Assembly (NCBI RefSeq): GCF_006345805.1
Contig: NC_042998.1
Coordinates: 5,518,001-5,582,000 of the forward strand
DNA from: Octopus sinensis
Lineage: Eukaryota
Direction: 5' to 3'
DNA length: 64,000 nucleotides
Shown: in pieces, positions 52,613-63,317 of the stretch
How positions within the stretch are numbered: the stretch's first letter is position 1
Layout: each line of letters starts with the position of its first letter
Program-made: the position numbers and the translations under genes
The notes under the pieces: model-generated
Seen by the model: only the letters and a program-made list of their open reading frames with translations
Database searches by the model: none
Told to the model about the DNA's origin: nothing

Positions 52613-53862
52613 TTGTTAAGGTTATCTCCACAGATTTTCTACAGAAATTATTGCCAGCACTGATTTGTTGCGACCTTTCGTATCCGAGTACCCGTAATAT
52701 AAACAATAATGAGATGAGAATGAGATCGAGAATGAAAACTGGGTAGTGAGTGTCCATTCCATATTTCAGGAATTTTTGCACCTTCATTAGCACCCGTCCA
52801 ACCCATTAACCATCCACAATCTCATTGATTAAATTAGCGTTTAGTTATTGGAATTTCATTCAGGAAGTTCTGTTTTTCGCCAGTATTACTACATGATGCT
52901 TATTAATCATGCTAGGAATTTCAAGACAACTATGGACGATTTTATTCCTTCTGTCTCAGACAAAATTTCCAATTGGCTGAGAAATGTTTATGTCATAGAA
53001 ATTCTTTATCGATTGTTGTATATTATTAGATTCGAGTGATCAAAGAGGAAAGCAATTATCTTTTTCAAATGTTGGACGTTATGAACTGCACGCTTATGTT
53101 TATTTAGAATGAATGGAGACTTGTTCTTTCATGTGCTTTTGAATAAAAAAAAAGAAAGTCTTTGAGCATAGCAGCAGGCAAACGATATAAATAGTGGAAC
53201 AGAATTTGTGTTGAAATAGAGAATATTTATAGAGAAAATTATGCCCTCTGGGGACCCAGATACGGAGTTGATTTTGGTGAAGCATTATCTTGAACTGACC
53301 ACAAGCATCAGATACATGATATAAAAATGTACTATTCAAAATAACCTGATTAGATCGGTAACTTTAAAAACCTATTTCATAAATAATCAGAAATTGAAGT
53401 GTTTGGAAAATCTCAAGTTATTGCGTGCTATACATAGCTTTTAAAAATTGTACAGTCTCTGAGATTAATACTTCTCTGTAATATAAATATAGAGAAGCTT
53501 TATTCAATAATGCAAGGTCTGTACAGAATGGAAAGCAATAAGTTAATAAATGCATCTAGGAAAGACATACTTTTAATAATGTTCAACTCCAGCGAAACAA
53601 TCTATAACGAATAATCGATGACTGCTAAAAGAGAGAAAAAAAGAAACGTTTAAAAAACTGATGCTGTGTGTCTGAGAGGAGGCTGAGAAAAACGGAGGAA
53701 GCAAGATGAGGAAAATACTTGGTAACTGTGTTGTTAACTTCATCGTTACGTATAATACCATTAGAGTCAATAAAATAAGTACCAGTCATGTAATGGTATC
53801 GATTCAATCCATTAGGCCTCTTGCACTACGAATGTTAGGTTTGGTTCTACAATGACAGACAC

Positions 53863-53903
<41 letters not shown>

Positions 53904-54105
53904 GGCGTAGAAGTGGCTGTGTGGTAACTAGCTTGCTTACGAACCACATGATTCCGGGTTCAGTCCCACTGCGTGGCACCTTGAGCAAGTTTTTCTACTA
54001 AAGCCTCGGGCCGACCAAAGCCTTGTGAATGGATTTGGTAGACGGAAACTGAAAGAAGCCTGTCGTATATATATATATATATATGTGTGGGGGGGTGTAT
54101 GTGTA

Positions 54106-54138
<33 letters not shown>

Positions 54139-54340
54139 TTGTCCCCCCAACATCGCTTGACAACCGATGCTGGTGTGTTTACATCCCCGTAACTTAGCGG
54201 TTCGGCAAAATAGACCTATAGAATAAGTACTAGGCTTACAAAGAATAAGTCCTGGGATCGATTTGCTCGACTAAAAGGCGGTGCTCCAGCATGGCCACAG
54301 TCAAATGACTGAAACAAGTAAAAGACTAAAAGAGTAAAAG
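53904..54340 (+). mobile_element. S1 SINE
   Basis: Head follows (ATT)n; GTAAAAG tail. Confidence 0.9.
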
Positions 54341-54344
54341 ATTA

Positions 54345-54668
54345 AGGTGGTGAGCTGGCAGAATCGCTCGACGAAATATTTAACGGTATTTCGTTTATCT
54401 TCATGTTTGAGTTCGAATTCTGCCGAGGTCGACTTTGCCTTTCACTCTTTTGGGGTCGATAAATTAAGTATCAGTGAAACATCGAAGGTCTATGCAATCG
54501 ACTAGTCTCTTCTCACAAAATTTCAGGCCTTGGACCTATAGTAGAAAATATTATTGTTATTATTAAGGCGGCGAACTCGCAGAATCGTTAGCACCCTGGG
54601 CAAAATGGTTAGTGGTATTTCGTCTATTTTTACGTTCTGAGTTCGAATTCCGCCAAGATCCACGTTAC
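54345..54668 (+). mobile_element. S2 SINE plus a second truncated S2 head
   Basis: GGTGGTGAGCTGGCAGAATCG and GGCGGCGAACTCGCAGAATCG heads. Confidence 0.85.
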
Positions 54669-54671
54669 CTT

Positions 54672-55041
54672 AGTTAGAATTTTCTTCAGGACCAGTAACC
54701 CATCCCGCTCAAAAAGGTCCATGAATAAGGGTTGTTGAAGGATGACGAAAGAAACACCCGTGTTTCCGGAGGTGAATTATTTAAACCCCAACGAATTCCT
54801 CTCAACACATGGCTATGATGCTCCCCCACTACATATGCTCGTGATCAGAAATGCACATATCGTCAGCCACTAAGGGACATGCTCGACTGGTTGAGGTCAA
54901 ACAACTGACAAGCAAATCTGTGGTATTGAGCATAATATTTGCTGTAGCGCATCTTTTATACCAAGACAATGAACATGTTAACGCCTCTAATCAGTTATGA
55001 TCAGAAGCCATGAGAACCACTGCCTGGTACTGCATCAGGAC

Positions 55042-55043
<2 letters not shown>
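54672..55043 (-). mobile_element. (ATT)n-embedded non-autonomous element, 5' part (copy 3)
   Basis: Overlaps copies 1 and 2 and extends ~220 nt further to ATGTCCTGATGCAGTACCAGGC, abutting (AAT)n. Confidence 0.8.
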
Positions 55044-55078
<35 letters not shown>

Positions 55079-55103
55079 GTTATTATTATTATCATTATTA
55101 TTA

Positions 55104-55275
55104 TTCTATGTTTGACTTTTGCTTTATGTCTGTACAAGTTGGCTCCAAGTCTCACCCAGGGACCTCAAGAGACAACAGGTTGGAAGTTCTGTGCCATATA
55201 TTTGGGTTTTTTTTCTTTTTTGGGGGGGTGTTGTACTAGTGAATATCTAATACATAAAAATAAATTTTTTTTTAA
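55104..55275 (-). mobile_element. Probable 3' UTR fragment of a second Dong/R4 family
   Basis: Homologous to 60004-60180; ends CAAAAGTCAAACATAGAA then (TAA)n. Confidence 0.55.
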
Positions 55276-55421
55276 ATAAATAAATAAATAAATAAAAAAG
55301 TTTGTTTATTATTATTATTATTATTATTATCTTAATTATTTCTGTGGGAGGTTTTGGAACGTAACACTCGCGATAGTCGAGGGACTACTGTATAATAAAC
55401 ATCAAGAATAGTAGTAGTAGT

Positions 55422-55463
<42 letters not shown>

Positions 55464-55579
55464 GTGATGGTGTGGTAGAGAAATGTAGTCAGTGATTATC
55501 AATATTCAATCTTGAATTTCTATATCCAGAAATTGTCATATATTGTCATCTTTCGTCGTAGGAGCAGCAGTAGTCGTCG

Positions 55580-55627
<48 letters not shown>

Positions 55628-55924
55628 ACCTCATCAACATCTTATCGTCTTCGTTATTACTATTATCCAACACGTCAATACCAGCAGCATAATCCCATCC
55701 ATATATAATAATAATAATTGCTAGTATGTGTCGTATGCCTTGATACTTTCTGTAGATGAGCCGTGCGTGTCCTTTAATAGTGTGTGGCTCCTTTAACAAC
55801 TATCAATTTAAGCCTCAGCTTTTGTTTCGTAGCCAAAGAAGGGTTCATGAAATATCATGTAGATATGTAGGTTCGGACGCATGAATAGATAAAGACTATA
55901 AGTATATAGCTAAATCTATATCTA

Positions 55925-55956
<32 letters not shown>

Positions 55957-55960
<4 letters not shown>

Positions 55961-57116
55961 TCAATATAATGGTAGCAAAAAATTTCAATAGAAATTTTTT
56001 TCCGCTACCAGCGGTCTAGTGAGAAAGAAAAAATAGTCAAATATACATTCAACAATAATATTAAGGAATGGCCTTAATAGGCCATTCAACTCACTAAAAC
56101 GAGCAGCTAAACTCAAACCGCTAAATAGTAGTAATTCAGAAATCATAGGAAAATTAAAAACATTTACCCTAATCATCTTTGGACAATGCATTGTTTCGTG
56201 GTACTTTTTGGTAAACCAGCCTAATCAAATTAAATTAAATTTAATCAAGTCAATTTACCACTGGCCCGTCTCATCGGCAAAGAAGCCAGGAGGAATAAAT
56301 ATTCCACGAGGCAACAGCATTGATGCCCCGGGAATATATACTCTAAATTTTCAAAATCTACTGTCATCGCGCCAACTTATCAGCAGCAAATATAAACTGC
56401 TGATTTAATCTCAGAATTAGCCAAAAAATCATTAATTAATCAATATAAAGGTAGCAAAAAATTCAATAGAAATTTTTTCCGCCACCAGCGGTCTAATGAG
56501 AAAGAAAAAATAGTCAAAAGACTATATAATATACATTCAACAATAATATTAAGGAATGGCCTATTAAGGCCATTCAACTCACTAAAACGAGCAGCTAAAC
56601 TCAAACCGCTAAATAGTAGTAATTCAGAAATCAAAGGAAATATAAGGAAAATTAGCTGCTCGTTTTAGTGAGTTGAATGGCCTATTAAGGCCATTCCTTA
56701 ATATTATTGTTGAATATATATATAATCATGTCAAGGGGAAATGGAATTTAATTAAAATTAAAACATTCAATCAAAATTTACATTTCCAGTGCAGAAAAAA
56801 CGTGCAGAAAAAAATTAGTCAAAAAGACTATATATTAGTCATACAATATAGTGCATATTTAAACACATAAGGAATCCACTTAAAGGGAATTCAACACGCT
56901 AGAAAGAACAGCTAGGTTCTGTAAACCACAAAAATAACGGATAAAATTCGACAGGAATAAATTTGGAAATGGAAATGGTAAATGTTTTTCATTTCCAAAC
57001 TTATTCCTGTCGAATTTTATCCGTTATTTTTATGGTTTACAAAACCTAGCTGTTCTTTCTAGCGTGTTGAATTCCCTATAAGTGGATGCCTTATGTGTTT
57101 AAATATACACTATATC
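55957..57116. repeat. Complex direct/inverted-repeat element between two (TA)n tracts
   Basis: Direct repeats 55957-56152 / 56436-56640; inverted copy 56652-56715; palindrome arms 56846-56975 / 56986-57115. Confidence 0.9.
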
Positions 57117-57209
57117 GTATATATATATATATATATCAGCTTTCTGTATTTGCCATTTTTCGGAGGCGATGTTATTTTGCATGTAACAAAAGCAATACCA
57201 AAAGCGATT

Positions 57210-57398
57210 ATGAGTGTCCCTCTCGTCGCCGTCGTCGTCATCGTCATAGTAGTAGTAGCAGCAGTAGCAGCAGCCGTCCAAGAATTTGGAGCTGGAGATC
57301 TCCATTTCCAGCGACTTCGAGGGCCACCTCCCAGTGGTGTCGGGCGTCAACGAAGAGCTCTCGACTACAACAAGACGGCCAAATTCTTTTTTTTTTAA
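57210..57398 (+). CDS. Candidate first exon of a secreted or membrane protein (signal peptide, furin site, N-glycosylation sequon)
   Basis: MSVPLVAVVVIVIVVVAAVAAA-VQEFGAGDLHFQRLRGPPPSGVG-RQRR-ALDYNKTAKFFFF*; the stop falls in a T10 run just before AAG|GT at 57403/57404. Confidence 0.4.
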   Translation: MSVPLVAVVVIVIVVVAAVAAAVQEFGAGDLHFQRLRGPPPSGVGRQRRALDYNKTAKFFFF

Positions 57399-57498
57399 CC
57401 AAGGTCTGTGGTCTCCCGCCCCTAAGCCCTAGACCATCACCTAATCACCCTTATCCGTCTTTTTGCTTAACAACAACAACAACAACAGCAACAGCAGT

Positions 57499-57553
<55 letters not shown>

Positions 57554-57744
57554 GTTACTACTGCATCACCTGCTACACCTCCGTGTTGTTGCTGGGGTGT
57601 GTGCAGCATTGTGATCATTTTTGCTCTTGGGTGAGCGCAAACTCTTCATGGTATTGTATTGCGTCAGTTTCTTTTGTTATGGGCTTTGGTGCAATCTTTT
57701 GTTGTATCAATATCTGTATTATGCATTTTGTGTGTAATGTGTTA

Positions 57745-57980
57745 GGTACTCTTTCACCACAACTTTCTCTCACTCTTACTTCCTGATTCTGTTGTACCTG
57801 TATTTCAAAGGACCGGCCTTGTCACTCTCTGTGTCACGCTGAATATCCCCCAGAACTACGTTATGGGTACACGTGTCTGTGGAGTGCTCAACCACTTACA
57901 CGTTAATTTCACGAGCAGGCTGTTCCGTTGATTCGGATCAACCGGAACCCTCGTCGTCGTAACCGACGGAGTGCTTCCAT
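57745..57980 (+). mobile_element. SINE 3' part related to the S3 body
   Basis: Starts GTACTCTTTCACCACAACTTTCTCTCACTC, as in S3 copies, then a different tail. Confidence 0.55.
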
Positions 57981-57984
57981 CCAG

Positions 57985-58478
57985 TGTTGAGGATCCAGGT
58001 ATAGCTTCTACGTTTTTATTCATATATAAATTTTTTCATTTGCTTGATGCTCCAATTATTACTGGTATTGTTTTCATCTTCATGCCCCACATCTTGAATA
58101 CTTCAATTTCGAGGGATTCGTATTTTGGCAATTTCTCCACTTCTCTTTTGGGCAATGTTTTGGTCAGAAGGAACTGCAGTGTCTTTTAGTAAGCAGGTAT
58201 TTTTCCCCCAATCCTTGATTATTATATTTGGGAGTTTGCTTTTATTTATTTACTCTTTACTCTTTTACTCTTTTACTTGTTTCAGTCATTTGACTGCGGC
58301 CATGCTGGAGCACCGCCTTTTAATCGAGCAACTCGACCCCAGGACTTATTCTTTGTAAGCCCAGTACTTATTCTATCGGTCTCTTTTGCCGAACCGCTAA
58401 GTGACGGGAACATATGCACACCAGCATCGGTTGTCAAGCAGTGCTAGGGGGACAAACACAGACACACAAACATACACG

Positions 58479-58520
<42 letters not shown>

Positions 58521-59130
58521 TACGACGGGCTTCTTTCAGTTTCCGTCTACCAAATCCACTCACAAGGCTTTGGTCGGCCCGGGGCTATAGTAGAAGACAC
58601 TTGCCCAAGATGCCACGCAGTGGGACTGAACCCGGAACCATGTGGTTGGTTAGCAAGCTACTTACCACACAGCCACTCCTGTGGTATTGTCTTATACATT
58701 TATGCTATGTTTTATGTTGTAGTGTTGGCATATTGTCCAGTGGATATAACTATTTACTCAATCACGTCGTCAGTATGTATATATTTGGATTCGGCAAGGA
58801 CTGGGCAGCCCGAGATGATGGAGTCATCTGTCTTATTGCACTGGTTGCACATTCTGCATTTGGTGTTGGCGACTGTTTTCATTATTTTGCTTATATAGCT
58901 GCTTCTAGTTGGGCACTGGTCTGGTGCAGCGAGAATCAGTCCTTCCGCTTCAGTTTTTAGTCCAGGGCTTTTGGAGCCGTTGTTGGCTTTTACTTAGGCT
59001 CACTTCTCTGTGAAGCCATGCAGGGTATTGGCCATGGGGGGATTCTTCTCTCCATTTCTTCCTTAGTGTGTTTTGTAGTTCTGTTTTTTATATTGTTGTG
59101 TTTCATTTTTTCTTTTTCGCTTTCTCTTCC

Positions 59131-59171
<41 letters not shown>

Positions 59172-59885
59172 TCTCTTTTGCCATTTCTGCTATTTTATCA
59201 TCTGAGATCTGTGTAGTTTGTTTCTGTTTTGTATTTTGTCGCCTCATTGTCTATAGAGAAAACTGTTTTCTTTTTCCCGTGTTGCCTTATTACCTCTAGT
59301 AGTCTTCCACATTTTGTTTCTAAGTACTTTTCTAGTCCAACTGTTGTTATTTTATAGCAGTTCTCTATTTGTGTCAGGCCTTCTGAGTGCGATAGACATA
59401 TTCTGTCTGCGTCTGCTTTGAGGTGGCCACATCGGTACGCTATTGATAGTTTTCTGGTTTTTCTATCTAAATTTCTCAATTCGCTGTTCTTCCAGTTTAA
59501 TATGTCGGAGCTGCAATTTATGCCTGGTATGACAAACGTGCTTATCCCTATCATCTTATTTTTAGCATTGAGTTCAGTGTTTTATATTAGTCTAACTCTT
59601 CTGTAATACTATCCCCTAATTTTATCCTTCAATTCTGTGTATTGTATTTTAGCTGATTGACTATGTGCGATTGTGGTCTAACTCTCTGATTTCTGAGTCT
59701 ATGTCGAATGCAGCGTTTCCAGTGCTGATTAATTTGCCTCCTCTCAGTGTCACTTTGGCACATTTTCCGAGCTCCATGTTCATCCCGTTATCCTTTCTGA
59801 AACTATGGACAATATTTGGAAGGTTTCTCTGTTCCGTGGTCTTTTTAGTGAAAATTTTTAAATCATCCCTGTACAGGAGATGGTT
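57985..59885 (-). mobile_element. Old Dong/R4 LINE remnant: RT(YxDD), thumb, CCHC, RLE
   Basis: LYRDDLKIF; LDRKTRKL..HLKADADR; GLKTEAEGLILAAPDQ..CRMC..IISGCPVLA; AVPSDQNIAQKEVEKLPKYESLEIEV. Confidence 0.88.
58251..58680 (-). mobile_element. S1 SINE inserted in the Dong/R4 remnant
   Basis: Reverse complement of the S1 consensus. Confidence 0.9.
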
Positions 59886-59911
59886 TATTGTTTGTTCATA
59901 TTACTATCATT

Positions 59912-59951
<40 letters not shown>

Positions 59952-59953
59952 CA

Positions 59954-59990
<37 letters not shown>

Positions 59991-60003
59991 CATTATTATT
60001 ATT

Positions 60004-60180
60004 ATTCTATGTTTGACTTTTGCCTTGTCTGTACAAGTTGGCTCCAAGTCTCACCCAGAGACCTCAAAGACACAAAGGTTGGAAGTTCACGTTGTTGTTA
60101 GCCTAGTGTGCCATATATTTGGGGTTTTTTTGGTGTTGTACTAGTGAATGTCTAATACATAAATTTTAAAAAAAGTTTGT
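60004..60180 (-). mobile_element. Probable Dong/R4 family-B 3' UTR fragment
   Basis: Homologous to 55104-55275; abuts (TAA)n. Confidence 0.55.
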
Positions 60181-60372
60181 TTAGCCTACCACTGGATTAG
60201 GAAATGCCTGGAAATGTATAAGATAGCACCTACTCTGCGAAACTTTTTGACTGTAAATATGAGATCATGGAGAACCACACTAACTCTGAACAGTGACAAT
60301 GAATCCCTAAATGTTGGTGATGTAAAAATTTCGTGTGGCATTTTCCAGGGTGACTCACTGTCACCACTCCTC
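60181..60372 (+). mobile_element. Dong/R4 RT fragment in inverted orientation
   Basis: HWIRKCLEMYKIAP..DVKISCGIFQGDSLSPLL. Confidence 0.88.
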
Positions 60373-60587
60373 ATTATTATTATTATTATTAATATAATTA
60401 TTATTATTATTATTATTAATATAATTATTATTATTATTATTATTATTATTAAATTTCATATCTCATGGCTGCCGATCTTACTTGCACCAGTTAATTCTAT
60501 GAGCGCAGACAGCAACCTGTTGACATATGTCTCACAGGGTCTCTTTCCACAAATTATAAGACTTGGTACGAAGATGTTAAGTAATAT

Positions 60588-60996
60588 GACATGGTGATCT
60601 CATATCAAGATAAACAGCACATGACCTTGCAGATGGGGCCCAATCATAATTTTCTTCAGGTCGGGTAGCCCAACCTGCTCAAAAGGACCTTGAATAAGGG
60701 TTATTTAAGGATGTTGAATGAAACACCTGTATTTCCAAAGGTCAAACCCCAAAGAATTCCTCTCAACACAATGCTATGATGCGCCCCCACTATTTTTGCT
60801 CATGAACAGAGATGCACTTATCCTCAGCCACCAAGGGACATGCTCAGCTGGTTATGGTCAAACAACTGACAAGCAAATCTGTTGTATTTAGCAGAATATT
60901 TGCTGTAGGCCATCTTTTATACCAAGACAAAACCTGTACAGGATAACATTTCCAATCAGTTAAGATCAGAAGCCATGAGAGCCAGTGCCTGGTACT
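60588..60996 (-). mobile_element. (ATT)n-embedded non-autonomous element (copy 4)
   Basis: 5' end within ~15 nt of that of copy 3; abuts (AAT)n. Confidence 0.8.
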
Positions 60997-61013
60997 ATAT
61001 TATTATTATTATT

Positions 61014-61058
<45 letters not shown>

Positions 61059-61080
61059 ATTATCATTATTATTATTATCG

Positions 61081-61170
61081 GGGCGGTGATCTGGCAGAAT
61101 CGTTAGCACACTCGGCAAAACACTTTGCAGCATTTCACACATCTTTACATTCTGGGTTCAAATTCCGACG
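61081..61170 (+). mobile_element. S2 SINE head fragment
   Basis: GGGCGGTGATCTGGCAGAATCGTTAGCAC..GGGTTCAAATTCC. Confidence 0.7.
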
Positions 61171-61614
61171 AAGATCAAGGAATATTCAGTGCTACATTTC
61201 TCCACCAAACATTTTGCACTTTTAAAATTTTACATTTATAAATATTTTTTCAATTATTTGCCACATCGTATCAGCGAAACCACTAACAGCATATTTACAC
61301 GGTTCGGTTTTTTTCTTTTTTCTAGTTTTTTGTTAATAATGTTGATGGTGGTGACTTTTCTATTGCAACTGGCAGTGGTAGTGGTGCAGATGGCAGTGTT
61401 CTTGCTAGTGTTTTTTTGTTTTCCTTGGTCTTTTTTTTTTTTTTTTTGTTCCTGCGATGGTGGTACTGAAATTTTTAGTAGCGGAAAGCTTCTTTCATAT
61501 ATTTCCCGTGTTGTGTTGTTGCTGTTTTTGTTGTTTCTAGTTCTTCTTCTTCTTCCAATCAGGACTCACGTCATTAGCCACAAAGAATAATATCTAATTC
61601 GAGCCTACTTCAAG

Positions 61615-62025
61615 CTATTAAGAATGCGTGTGGCAACTTGAAGATCCATCCATCACACGCGATAGACTGGCAGTTGCACAGGCGCAAAAGCTACATTGTT
61701 ATCCTCATTCCGTAAACGGTGGCTTTTTAACGGGTGGAGAGCTGAACCATCCTGGGGTACAGAGGATTCGCAATCTAGACTAGGGTCTGAAAGTTTACCA
61801 CACCATAGTGGGTTACACCATGGTTCATCTACTTTGTGGCAGAAGTAGGAAGAAAGAATGAGAGAAAGTTGTGGTGAAAGAGTACAGCAGGGTTCACCAC
61901 CCCTCCCCCCGCCGGAGCTTAGGTGTTTTTGCTCAATAAACACTCACAATGCCCAGTCTGGTAATCGAAACCACGTTCTTACGACCGCGAGTCCACTGCC
62001 CTAACCACTGGGCCATTGTGTCTCC
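61615..62025 (-). mobile_element. S3-type SINE with a longer alternative tail
   Basis: rc GGAGACACAATGGCCCAGTGGTTAGGGCAG head. Confidence 0.8.
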
Positions 62026-62929
62026 ACTGTTGCTGTTGTTTTGTTGTTGTTGCTGTTGATGTTGCTGTCACTGACTTTTTCAATTTGGCAGTTCTGTTTT
62101 GCGGGTAACTGGCTGTTCTTTTCAACAGACAAACAATCCTCGTTCACATTCCTACCTTTTTAAACAAAAATTGAACCCCTTAAGAGCTAAAGAGGGAGAA
62201 AAACTAACCAGACCCCCCCCCCTAAGGTCCTGGTTAGTTTATCAATATAACGATAACAAATGTTCAATGTATAACTGTGTAACAATATAAATAACAACTA
62301 ACGTACGAGGGCTGTGTGCAATACGTCTCAGTAAATCAACATCAACAAGAACAACAATAATGATAATAATAATAATCTTTAACATAGGCATGGATTTAAA
62401 ATTTGATATTATTCCTAAGGGAATTAGAATGGCTGTGAATATGACATTTTTGTGAACAAAGCGAAGATATTGGTCCTCTCCGGAACATAGGAACCAATCA
62501 ATCCTTAATCTACGTTTTAAGACTTTAAGAACCTTAGTAATGATGAATGAGCTTTAAATTCTGGTTGTTAATATTGACAGCAAGCTGATAGTAGGGATCG
62601 ATCGATATACTTGCTCATCTGTAATGGAAATACAGTTGTAAAGAATCACAATCGATAGCTATTTATCTTCTTTTAACGTTTCATATTAAGGTTTGCTGGT
62701 CACCGTTAGAGAAGCAAAGATGAAGGAGGACATCGGCCATTGCTATGGAAGCCCACTCGTTGCAAAAAAAGATTGAGAAGAAGAATTTTGGTAAAAGTCA
62801 TCTGAGTTCGCTTGTGGAAAAATAATGTTTCACATCGTCTCACAACAGCAAACGTGATTCAGTCCAGTTTTTGATCATAACTCTTGTTGTTATTCATCAC
62901 CAAGTCAGCTCAGATCAAGAAGGCTCTTA

Positions 62930-63241
62930 CCCTTTTACTCTTTTACTTGTTTCAGTCATTTGACTGCGGCCATGCTGGAGCACCGCCTTTTTAGTCGAAC
63001 AAATCGACCCCAGGACTTATTCTTTGTAAGCCTAGTATTTATCCTATCGGTCTCTTTTGCCGAACCGCTAAGTTACGGGGACGTAAACACACCAGCATCA
63101 GTTGTCAAGCGATGTTAGGGGAGAAACACACACCCACATACACAGATACACACACACATATATATATATACATATATACATATATACGGCGGGCTTCTTT
63201 CAGTTTCTGTCTTCCAAATCCATTCACAAGGCTTTGGTCAG
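62930..63241 (-). mobile_element. S1 SINE, 5'-truncated
   Basis: S1 body and tail. Confidence 0.85.
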
Positions 63242-63317
63242 CAGGAAAGTAGTTTTGCCTTCAGTTTCAACCACTAACATAACAGCTATTATTATTATTA
63301 TTATTATTATTATTATC

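Noticed and set aside
62300-62880. Mariner or maT-like remnant (TACGAGGGCTG start)
   Set aside because: Only one TIR-like end and weak transposase words.
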